Source of the DNA: Sphyrna mokarran
Taxonomy: Eukaryota
Length of the DNA stretch: 64,000 bases
Reading direction: 5' to 3'
NCBI GenBank assembly: GCA_024679065.1
Contig: JAGIQG010000014.1
Coordinates: 27,280,001-27,344,000, forward strand
Made by a program: the position numbers and the translations under genes. Each line of letters begins with the position of its first letter. Positions within the stretch are counted from its first letter, which is position 1. The notes below the pieces were generated by a model. The model was not told the DNA's origin and did not search any database. It saw nothing but the letters and a program-made list of their open reading frames with translations. Of this stretch, positions 53,395-64,000 are shown in pieces.

Positions 53395-53544
53395 GACAAC
53401 ATTGAGATCATTACATCTGCAATTGATTACAGATTGTGATCTTCACCGGTTAATAATTAATCTGTCCAATTTTTTATTCCAGAGAAAAGGATATACCATT
53501 TATGCAAACATGACTCAATACAGCTTTTTTGAGGGTTCTAATAC

Positions 53545-54672
53545 AATGGAGGAGGTAAAGGAAGTGGCTACATCCAATGCAGCTTCAGGAGGAAGTGCCA
53601 CTTGAAGTTCAGGGTGCAGGGCAACCACAACAAGAACAGGAGGATCAGGAGGATAGATCCTCCTGAGTTACCAGACTAAAGGTATATTGAAGAACATTCT
53701 TCTACTTGCAGTTGAGTGAGGGACAATACTGTACATATCTATTCCAGTCTTGAAGTCTGGTAAATCACATCAAGCACATTGTTCATGAAGACATGACATC
53801 CCATTGAGTGCGAGGCCAGCCCCTGCCAGTAGCTTTAAAGGTGACGACCATGCTCAATTTTTTCACTTATAGGTCACTCCAGTAATCCACAAGGACTGCT
53901 GTGACATCTTACAGTGTGTGATACATTGATACATCAAGAAGGTCATAGATGTCCACTATAACAAGGCCCATCAGTATGTTAGGTTTGATCTCGATGAAGA
54001 TAATCGGCCTACAAGATTCAATGACTGTACATATTTCAGGCTTCTGAGAGTGCAAGGTGCAACTGACTGTTCCCATGTGGTTTTAAAGGCTTCATGACAG
54101 CAATCCCTAATGTTTATTAACAGAAAAGGCTATCATTCTATCAATGTTTAATTAGTGTATGATTACTAGAAGAATATAATGCACATTTGTGCCACCTGCT
54201 CTGGGACTTCCCATGACTTAAACATCCTGAGTCACTCCCGGCTGCTTCAGATATTCATAGGGCCTGAGTGTCTACATGGATGGTTGCTTGAGGATAAGGC
54301 ATAGCCACTGAAACACTGGCTCCTGACACTGGTGCGTCGACCTCAGAGTCTCTTGGAGGGTAGGTGAAATGCAGCTCCAGTCTACCACAGATCCTATTCA
54401 AGTACACCATTAGCATTCTGAAAATGCGCTTCAGATATTTAGATCATTCAGGTGGGGCACTACAGTACATTCCCAATAGGATTTCACACATCATCCTTGT
54501 ATTCTGCATCTTTCATAACCTGGCAGAGCAAAGAGGTGATTCTTCACAGAGGGTGAAATGGAAGAGGATGGGAGCACCTCCGAAGATAAAGATCAGGAGG
54601 CCCAGGAACATGAAAAGAATGATAAAGGTCAGCTTCCAAAGAATGGCGCTTCAGAGGAAGCATAATGTATGA
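53545..54672 (+). pseudogene. Harbinger DDE transposase pseudogene
   Basis: PLPVALKVTTMLNFF; RVQGATDCSHV; FINRKGYHSINV; GTSHD; WLLEDKA*PLKHWLLT; LKMRFRYLDHSGGALQY; FHNLA. Several stops and a frameshift. Confidence 0.9.
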
Positions 54673-54967
54673 TGTGCCCATACCACTTTAATAGCTATCA
54701 GATTTCAGGAGGAGTAAAAAAGCAAGGGAAGATGGCCACATTCCTTCTGGAACTTAATGTCAATCCATTTCAGTGGAAGAGATGGTCAACCTATCACATT
54801 GAGAGCCAGTTCGGCATTCACACTTGCAACTTCCAGCCTCATGGTTCACCAGATCAAGATCTCAGTGAGAACGAACGCTGGGAATACTTATGGATTCTTT
54901 AATAAAAAACTAGAACGGGCAGTGAGATGAGGACATGGTTGAGGAAATCATCCTCCTGTCCATGTCT

Positions 54968-55308
54968 TATAGAAATAGAAATCATGGAAACCCTACAGTG
55001 CAGAAAGAGGCCATTCAGCCCTTCGACTCTGCACTGACAACAATTCCACCCAGACCCCTCCCCATATCCCTAGATATTTACTCCGTCTAGCATATGCATC
55101 TCAGAACACTAAGTGGCAATTTTTACCATGGCCAATCAACCTGACCTGCACATCTTTGGACTGTGGGAGGAAACTGGAGCACCTAGAAGAAACCCACACA
55201 ATCATGAGGAGAATGTGCAACCTCCACACAGACAGTGAGCCAAGCCGGGAATCAAACCCAGGTCTCTGGAGCTGTGAAGCAGCAGTGCTGACCATTGTGC
55301 CACCATGC
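54968..55308 (-). mobile_element. HE1-like V-SINE, full length
   Basis: Complete tRNA head, V-domain and CR1 tail. Confidence 0.88.
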
Positions 55309-55429
55309 CTCCTTGCTTATACTTTGGCACTATGACTGAGGAGCTACAATTGCCCCTATTTCCTCAAGGTTGTTGAGCTATCCTCACACAGTGGGGTCTC
55401 ATGAGGAGGAAGGTTTACAAGCACTTTAC

Positions 55430-56130
55430 TTAGAAACTTACATAGAAAATACAAGCAGGAGTAGGCCATTTAGTGCTTCAAGCTGCTCCACCATGGCTGA
55501 TCATCAAATTCAATATCCTGATCCCATCTTCCCACATATCCCTTAATCTCTTTGACCCCAAGAGCTACATCAAACTCCTTCTTGAAATCACACAATGTTT
55601 TGACATCAACTATTTTCTGTGGTAGTGAATTCCACACATTCACCCCTCTCTGAGTGATGGAATTTCTCCTCATCTCAATTCTAAAAGGTTTACTCCTTAT
55701 CCTCAAACTATGCCCCCTAGTTCTGGGCTTCTCTACCATCAAGAACATTCTTTCTAAGCCTGTTAGAATTTTATAAGTTTCAATAAAATCACCGCTCACT
55801 TTGCTAAACTCCAATGAATATAATCCTAAGAAATTTAGTCTCTCCTCATGTGACAGTCTTACTAGCCCAGGTGTCATCTGGTAAACCTTCGCTGCACTCT
55901 CTCTATAGTAAGAACATCCTTCCTCAGATAAGGACACCAAAATTGCACACAATACTGCAGGTATGGCCTCACCAACACATTATACAATTGCAGTAAAACA
56001 TCCCAATTCCTATACACAAATCCTCTTGATTTGAAGGCCGATATACCATTTGCCTTCTTTCTGCAGATCTTCTCTATTTAAATAATATTTAGCTTGTTTA
56101 TCTTCCTACCAAAGTGCATAACTTCATATT
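55430..56130 (-). mobile_element. CR1 LINE 3' part
   Basis: ORF 55470..55952 LSHEERLNFLGLYSLEF...RTRGHSLRIR. Confidence 0.88.
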
Positions 56131-56259
56131 TGCATGTCACTCACTGTGATAGTCACAATATCACAAACTGATGGGGGTGTAATCCTTACTACGTTGCTGC
56201 CATTATTCAGTCTTCTCTTCCTCATAGGAGTGATCCCTGTCCTCCCTAGAAATCTCAAC

Positions 56260-56850
56260 AGCATCTTCCTAGAATTCTGAGAGGTCAACTATGTTGGCCA
56301 TCCCTCCTCCCCGACCTGTGATTTTTCTCATCCTGTTGTGGGCAAGATTGTCCTGGATAAAGACAAAAGGAAGGCATGTGCCGAGAAGGGATGGCACACA
56401 GGTTTTGGGTATATGCATGCCTCTTGTGAGTGGTAAGCTTCCCCTGGAAGAGACTGAGAGTGGAGTGTGGGAAGTATGATAGATGAGTTGATGGTGATGT
56501 GACAATCAATAATGATATGTGTTCCCCGCTAATGGTTGCATAAGATCTCTGAAGAGAGTAGCCCTTGAGGATGTGATGCCATGATGGGAGATTGAAATTA
56601 GAAGGAGTTAAAGGATGACTTGGCCTGACAGAGCGAATCAAATCATTCATCCTCTTCCTACACCAGATGGCATTTTGGGTGAAGTGGCCAGCTATATAGA
56701 CCATCTCTGCCAAGCCAAAGTGGTAAGGCTGGTGTGCTTACTGGAGCTGTTCCTGGGATAAATCATATCCCAATGCGCACGGACTTCTATCAGGGCCTGG
56801 ATTGTGTAATGGCTGAAGCAGGGTGCAGTGTTCTCCTTCTGCTAATCAGA
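56260..56850 (-). pseudogene. Harbinger Myb/SANT-like DNA-binding gene remnant, intron-containing
   Basis: APCFSHYTIQALIEV..WDMIYP..TTLAW; NAIWCRKRMNDLIRSVR; then atccag|DNLAHNRMRKITGRGGG (cf. KxAHNxRExxxTGGG). Confidence 0.75.
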
Positions 56851-57199
56851 CATCCCTAATGGCCTTCTGGAAACAGGTGGGATGAGAGAGTGAGATGTAT
56901 GTACTTGGATCACATTTAGATGTAGTATCTGGGAATTCGACTCCACCAGGAAACAACAGGACAGACTAATCAACTCCTGGCCTATCAGATGATTCAGACA
57001 GATAGTGGTCTGTGCATAATTAACGAGTTTCCAACCGTGGAATTGGGTGTGATTTCTTGCTATTCCAACAGATGTAGAACCTGCCTGCCACCACATTTAT
57101 TTCCAAAAACTGAAACAATTCCATCCATAGAATTTAAAGCATTCAGACCATTGTACCTGCTGCTGTCTCTTCAGTTGTGAACTTAAGGACAAGCTGACA

Positions 57200-57556
57200 A
57201 TGCAGTATCGAACTAAGGGAGAGGGGCTTTGGCACTTTTCAGATGAAACAATAAGCTGAGGCCCTAGTTGCCCTCTGAGGCAAATGTTAAAGAGCTCATG
57301 GTACTACTTCAAAGAAGAGTGAGGGAATTTCTCCTGTGACCTGACCAATATTTATCATTTAGTTAGGATCACTGAAACAGATTAGCTTGTCATTATCAAA
57401 TTTATGTTTGTGGGAGCTTGTTATGTACCAATTAGCTGCTGTGCTTCCTGCCCTGCAACAATGGTTACACTTCAAAAAGTATGTAATTGGCTGGAAAGTA
57501 CTTTGGGATGTCCTGAGTTTGTGAAAGAAGCTATACAAATGTAATTCTTTATTTCT
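57200..57556 (+). mobile_element. Deu-domain SINE (SacSINE1-like)
   Basis: cttttcagatgaaac..gaggccc..catggtactacttcaaagaagag..acacttcaaaaag..ctttgggatgtcctgag. Confidence 0.8.
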
Positions 57557-57599
57557 ATGTAGATGGAAAGAATTTTTTTAATGCTTCATGGATTGCAAA

Positions 57600-59075
57600 G
57601 GGTGATTTTTAAAAAGGAATTACTTCCATTTTTATCAAAATTGATACCAAAGATATGGCAAAATGCAAAGATCATTGCCATGTTAAAACTAGTGAAAGCA
57701 ACCAATATTGACGAAAATGAATAGTTAATATCACTGTTGTATGTTTTGCACAAACTTCTGGGAAGGATATTATGCAAAAGATGCTCGCAACTTTTAGAGA
57801 ATTACACCATTAAGAAGCAGTGTGGGTTTAGACCTGGATGGACTATATAATTGCACTCACAACCCACATTAAAGCTGGATACCAGCATGAACTCAAACTG
57901 TATTGATTTTTATGGACTTGTCTGTAGCATATGATCTAGCATAAAGGGATGATCTACCGCTTTAAACGTCAAGAGCAGTACGTTGCAAATCAATATTACC
58001 CTACTAACAACCACACTCAGGAACTGCAACTGTAACATACATCTCATGCCACAGTCTAGCAGACCTTGACTAATGAATATCAGGCTCCTGCCGGGCTCTG
58101 TCTTGGCATCATCTTTATTAATGTTTCCATTAGTGATATCCTGCTGACCCAGTCAAATAAATTTGGATATGCAGATGACATTTCAATAGCCATCCAAACG
58201 AAAGTGCTTGTCTGTGCAGAATGCTGCTTGCTGAAGACTTCAAAATGCTCGAGGATTATTATAAATTAGAGCGCTTGAGCCCAAATCCTCAACAAATATT
58301 TGATATAAACAGTTTCAGTCCCTTATGTGTTACTGAATGTAGTATGAGGATTTGCTAAATTACCTTAGAGTGATTCTGATTTTGGCTTAATGAACCATCA
58401 TTATCTGAGGAATACTGCAGCTATGATAAAGACTAGGATCATACTATTTCACAGATTATGTGAGACAAGCTGGGGACAGATAATCATATCCTGTGGACCC
58501 TCACCTATTTTCTCAGTGGTTGAATATTATACGTTAGCTTTATCAGAAATCGAGATTCATCACCAGCATCAGCACGTCTTGGTCACTCATCTTGGACGTA
58601 CCTTCCCGTTGTCTTTCAGAAGTGAAGCAGAAATTAAAAGAAAATTAGAATTTTCAGAAGACCTTGAAAAGGCACTTAAATACTGAAGCTGAAATTCAGT
58701 GGCTGAAACAATGAAAACCTCAAAACTCCCAAAAGCAAGAGGTGGTGGTGGTGTTTGAGTGGGGGTGGGTGGTGGTGGTGGTGGCTAACCAATAGGATTA
58801 ACAATCTAAATTCTGACCCCACTGATCAGCCACTCAGTTTCACCATGCTAAGAAAAGTGCTATGAACTGTTTCAAAATATCATATGGATCTACAACCACC
58901 TGTTACAAAAGTGCTGCATGGTCCAATGTGTGATTGTGGAGACACTTCAAAGCCATGAAGTATCTTATGAATGACTGTCCACTGAGGTCCTTTCCTGAAG
59001 GCTTAGTTGCTGTTCACTCTACATCACTAGAAGCCACAGCAGCATGGATGACAGTTTTGGACATCAACATTTAAT
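57600..59075 (+). mobile_element. Vingi/Ingi-clade LINE remnant
   Basis: LISLLYVLHKLLGRIL, QCGFRPG, LTTHIKAGYQ, FMDLSVAYD, SNKFGYADDISIA, and C-terminal PMCDCG..MKYLMNDCPLRSFPEGLVAVH..EATAAW. Confidence 0.7.
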
Positions 59076-59916
59076 GTTGCTTTTTAAACCGATGTACAAA
59101 AGAATCAGGAATTTAAAAAAGGAAAATGGCTGGAAAATTGATTTGGATAGATTGGGCAAATAGTCAAGATTGGCAAATGTAGACAATTGTGCAGTGCTGC
59201 ACGTAGGTGCTCATGGTGAAGGCATGAAATACAATATAGCTGAGGCTGTCAAATGAGAAGAAGAAAAATTTAAGAGAAATGATTGAATCATTCCCTCCAG
59301 GTTCAAGCCAATGCCACGAGGATGTAGCCAAAATAGAGACCTGGACAGTTTTGCTTGGACAACCAAATGCAAAACTGGGTCCACGATAATAGTGTTATGT
59401 AAGTCTTAGGTACCTTTTCATTTGACTTCACCCCACCTCTGAAGGTATGTGTGTCCTGAAATTCTGTGAACTCTTCTAAGGGAGCAGAAATTCAACTTAA
59501 ATATAAATGAGTGCCAGCATCATTTTATTTCCTGAAATCAGCTCCCTTTGATTTCTCTGATTTTGGGGATCTGTGTCATGGACTTTGCTGTGTCTTTAGG
59601 CGCCAAGGTGGATGGACTTTCCCGAATATCCCAGGAATACTTCCAGTGCCATACATCTGAGCGTAATTCAGAATATTGGAACTACGAAGCAAACTTTGAT
59701 GGCAGTTCATGAAGAATGGGATACGAAGGAGCGGTCTGGCATCACCAACCAGATGTACAATGAACATATTTCTCACAATATTAACCACGTGTATTGAAAA
59801 TAATGACAAGTCCATTATTAATCTATAGCCAAATTATGTTTATTTTCAATAAAAGATCACTGGAAATATATCATTTAATCCATCTTTGTGAAAAAATCCT
59901 GCCTATTAAAGGATAT

Positions 59917-60198
59917 AAAGTGAAGTTTATTTATTAGTGTCACAAGTCGGCTTACATTAACACTTCAATGAAGTTACTGTGAAAAGCTCCTAGTTGCCAC
60001 ATCAGCTATCTGATCAGATACACTGAGAGAGAATTTAGCATGGCCAATTTACCTACCCTGCGCATCTTTGGATTGTGGGAGGAAACTGGAGCAGACACAA
60101 AGAGAACATGTAAACTCCACACAGACACCGATCCAAACCAGGAATTGCACCCAAGTCCGTGGCGGTGTGAGGCAGCAGTGCTAACCACTGTACCACCC
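59917..60198 (-). mobile_element. V-SINE with a non-CR1 3' tail
   Basis: HE1-like head and V-domain; tail ttcacagtaacttcattgaagtgttaatgtaagccgacttgtgacactaataaa. Confidence 0.8.
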
Positions 60199-61989
60199 TT
60201 TTTACTAAAGTTAATCATTTCAAGTAGAATGTATTCCAATTTCTATTATTGTAGTGTCTAGTTTTTTAAATCTACATTTCCTCACTCCCACTGCTTGGAA
60301 TGTTGCTAGAAGTATTTGCATGTTAAATGTGTACATAGATTCACATTGTTTTTGTTGTTCTTATGCTATTTAAATGTCTTGAGAAACCTTGACCTTACCA
60401 GTTGATCTGAAAAAGTTTGCTGGAGACAGTAAGGCTGCTATTTAAGTCATTTTACAGCGATCAACTCGGGTTATTGCCTGCTTGACTAGAGAGAGATACT
60501 ATCTGTATGAAGGACTGTTCAGACAAAGAGAGAGATTGTTGTGCCACGTTGTGGTGCTCAGACCTAGGGTCTTATTCACAGGAAGCAGATTCTATCTCTC
60601 CTTCACAGTGGAGTGTTACAAACATAAACTGCAATGCCTTCTGACAGGATGAGATTAGCAGTAGCCTTAGGCCCTATGTTTTTAGTGTGAGGCATATGGT
60701 ATATGGCCCATGCTGTACATTGTGTGCTGGCAGGTTTAAACATGAGGAGGAGAAATACCATCTGCTTCAACTGGAACAGCCCAGACCTAATTCACAATGG
60801 GACAATCACCAATATGTTGGTGTTGATTATTTGAGCTCTTTTGATCACATTGCCAGATACTCAGGCTATTTTTTGAATGATTACTGACTGGTGTCTGCTT
60901 CTCATTCCATATCATTTTAGTGTTCTTTTTCACCAACATGGATGCAGTTTCTAGAGTAAATTGGTTGTTGCAGAGCTTAAACCTGCTAAACCCATCCTCT
61001 CGATTAAGGGGGTTAACATTACATTTTCTATCTTTCAAACTAATCCTTGAGAAAGATCACTAAAGACTTACTTTCAGTTTAAGCCTTGAATCTATTTCTT
61101 ATTAATTTTCACATTTCATTATACCAGATAATTTCTGATCACACTCAATACTCCATGTTAACACAGGAGTTGCACATCAGACTCATTGCGACCGGTTATG
61201 TTGTAATCTTCATTTCACATTTTATTTCTATTGCTATCAGGGCAATCAATGTTTCCAATGCATTGTAAGTGTTATTCCCATCTCACTATGAACAACAATT
61301 CCCCATTACTGCAGGCATATTTCTAATCATGGCAATTGCTGTTAATCCATCATCACAGCAGTAATCTTATTTCCATCACAAATCTTTCTTTATTTAGACC
61401 TAGGGGGAGATATATTGACAATCCCCGATGGCCATCATAACACTCCTCCTCCTCAAGTCTGTTTCTTCACCCACACACTCACCACAAGGGAGCCTTTTCT
61501 GCCACTTGGTAATCAGCCTGGGGTCAATTGGAGGCAGAGCCGGATCAGGGGGTATGAAACAGATTGGAGACCTTGCACTTTCAAAGGGAGCAGCATAAAA
61601 ACAGCGACACTAGTTCTTCTTGAACTTTCACTTCAATGGGAGCACCAATCACTTCTGCTTTCATCTTATCTTCATCACCCAGAGGGGCAAGCATGGGGTC
61701 AATTTCCAGTCATTGCTCAACCCTGCCTGTGGTTGTTTCCATGGCTGGTAATGGGGCCTACACTGGCACAGGCTCCCTACTCCTAAGATGGTCCAGTTGT
61801 TTCCTGACAGTTTTGCCCTGCACTTGGGCCTTGTAAGACATGGGCCCATTCTTTTCATTATGATAATGGGACACAAATGAGGCTGTCCTTGAAGTTCCTG
61901 ATGTGGATAGGTTTGAGCATTCTTTCTGTCCTTACAGAATTATAGTTTTTCTTCTGTTTCTCTTGTTGGGACTCCATCTTTCCCATCGA

Positions 61990-62830
61990 GTTTGGGAACA
62001 GTAAAAAATTTGAATTCAATAAAAGTCTGGAACAATTGTCGTAAAAACCCATCTCATTCACTAACGATCTTTAGGGAAAGAAATCTGCCATCCAGGCCCA
62101 AAGCAATGTGGTTGACTCTGAACTGGTCTCTGAAATGACCTTGCAAGCTACTCAATTCCCCCAATAATTGATGGTCTTGCCAGCGATGTCCAAATTAATT
62201 TTAAAAAAGTAAAGAACAAGAAACAAACTAACCACTGCCCTTTGACATTCAACGACTCAATGACAATCATGATTCACTAGAAACTGAACTGAACCAGCAT
62301 ATAAATATTGTGGCTAAGAACAGGTCACAAGGTAGGAACTCTGCAGTGGGTAATTCCTCTCCTGGCTCTCCAAAAGCTGTGCACCATATATAGCGAGGAC
62401 GGTGATAGAATACTCTTCAATTGTCTCAATGATCCATGCAAGTAGGTTGATACCATCCAGGACTAAGCAACCCATTCACCAACTTAACCATTAATTCCCT
62501 CCCTACTGACGCACAGTGACAGCAGTGTGTACTACATACAGGGTACACTATAGTATCTCACTAAGGCTCCTTGAGCAGCACTCTCCAAACCCACAACATT
62601 TTCCACCTAGAAGGATAAGGGCAACAGATCCACTGGAATGCCATTACCTGAAAGTTCACACAACATCCTGAGTTGGACTCATACTACCATGCACTCACTG
62701 TTGCTGAATCAAAATTCTGGAACTCCCTTCTTAACAGTACTTTGAACTGCAGTTCAAGAAGGCACCTTGCCACTTTCCCAAGGACAATTAGGGATGAGCA
62801 ACAAATGATGTCCTTGCTGGAAAGCATATT
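61990..62830 (+). mobile_element. SINE (61990-62210) followed by the 3' part of the CR1/L2-group LINE (62225-62830)
   Basis: Similar to 33385-33665 and 36130-36760. Confidence 0.7.
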
Positions 62831-63867
62831 TTATGAAAGAATTGATTCCAAGAAACCAAATAACAACCTGACAAGCCAATTGATCTGTAAATCTGATGGT
62901 GACAATATTGTCATTTGGAAAAACATACTGTTGTGTCCATATGAAAAGAAATCCAAAATTTTATTCTTCTGCCATATTTAAAATTGAGTTTTATACGGGC
63001 CAAAAAAGATGGCTGTAACAAGTTACCTGACCAAAGGACTGGCCCTTTATTCTGGGGACTACCACCGGAAGTTATAAGAATAAAATAATTTCTCGCTCAG
63101 TTTGTGGAATTTCATATCATTTGTAATTAACAAAAGTAGAGGAAGTGGAGTCAAACAGATTGACCTATCCAATCAGAGTTATCACAAAAGAGAGAAATCA
63201 AAACTCAGTATACTCTCTCTCATAAGGGGGAAACAATGAAATTCTGACCAGAAGCATAGAAACTGATTATAAAGTTGCAATTAATCATTAAGAGGCCATG
63301 TCACATGGCACAAGATCCACTGGAATACCATTACCTCAAAGTTCACACAACATCCTGATTTGGACACACTCAGGCCTGTTAGTCAATTTATCATCACAAC
63401 ATTGACCTCACAGCCTGCTGTTGAACATGCAAGTGATGAACGCCAAAAAGTAGAAATCCAGACAGAACATCTGCCTGTTCCTCAAATTCACCTGAAAGAA
63501 GCTGCCAGTGCTGTGAGAATCACTGTAACCAACGTGGACACTTAGCCTCAGAATAGGAGAACTGTGCCCCCATTTTCCAACTAGACACACTACAGCCTCC
63601 TGGACTCACAATTGAGTTCAAAAATGTTAGACGGCAGACTTACTCCTCCATCTTGACTCCCCACTTTTCTTTTCTGTTTTTCAGTTCCCCTGGCTTGTCT
63701 TAACACAATCCCACCCTCCCACACATGGCCATTCTCCCTTGTTCTTCAGTTTTGCTTCAGTGAGCACTAACCTCTGTTTTCCTATTCACACTTTCAGCTA
63801 TCTTTGCTACTATTAATACTGTTCAGGCTCTAATGGCACCATGAACAGCCCCTTTGCTATTTTCATT

Positions 63868-64000
63868 GACCTTTGTACCTGTACACCCAGATCCCTCTGC
63901 CTATCAATATCTTAACGATTCTGCCATTTACTGTATATTTTCTATCTTTACTAAACCTTCCAAAATGCACTACCTCACATTTGTCGGATTAAATTCCATC
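63868..64000 (-). mobile_element. CR1 fragment running off the window end
   Basis: Similar to 31775-31885. Confidence 0.75.

Larger units (their letters stand above)
51366..57126. mobile_element. PIF/Harbinger DNA transposon relic (boundaries tentative)
   Basis: Left GGACGGAATTTTCC, right AACAATTCCATCC (reverse complement GGATGGAATTGTT); convergent transposase and Myb/SANT remnants inside. Confidence 0.55.

Noticed and set aside
53545-54672. Domesticated HARBI1 gene
   Set aside because: Multiple in-frame stops and a frameshift, with a companion Myb remnant: a dead transposon
55240-55308. tRNA gene-like A/B boxes here and in other SINE heads
   Set aside because: They continue into V- or Deu-domains and tails, so they are SINEs, not tRNA genes
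63360-63545. 61-aa ORF with protein-like composition
   Set aside because: No ATG start, splice signals or recognisable homology

Overview
Eukaryotic, repeat-dense genomic DNA. The repeat repertoire (HE1/V-SINE, Deu-domain SINE, HER1-like CR1 LINEs) points to a shark or other elasmobranch (inference). The window starts at an EcoRI site, so it may be a clone end. One complete protein-coding gene can be reconstructed by hand: ZNF346/JAZ, a dsRNA-binding protein with four zinc fingers (+ strand, 7 coding exons, 9348-37299, all introns GT-AG and phase-compatible, 825 nt = 274 aa). It has a CpG-island promoter that looks bidirectional. The rest is mostly decayed and often nested transposable elements: CR1, a second CR1/L2-group LINE, L2, Rex1, a Vingi/Ingi LINE, Penelope-like elements with hammerhead-ribozyme cores, a two-ORF Harbinger relic with related MITEs, and a probable solo LTR. 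I found no convincing novel multi-gene system. The best leads are the divergent first exon at the promoter, a candidate alternative ZNF346 last exon, the hammerhead-bearing mini-Penelope elements, the Harbinger/MITE set, and two ~54-bp local templated duplications. Repeat boundaries are approximate, and family assignments come from recalled motifs rather than database searches.
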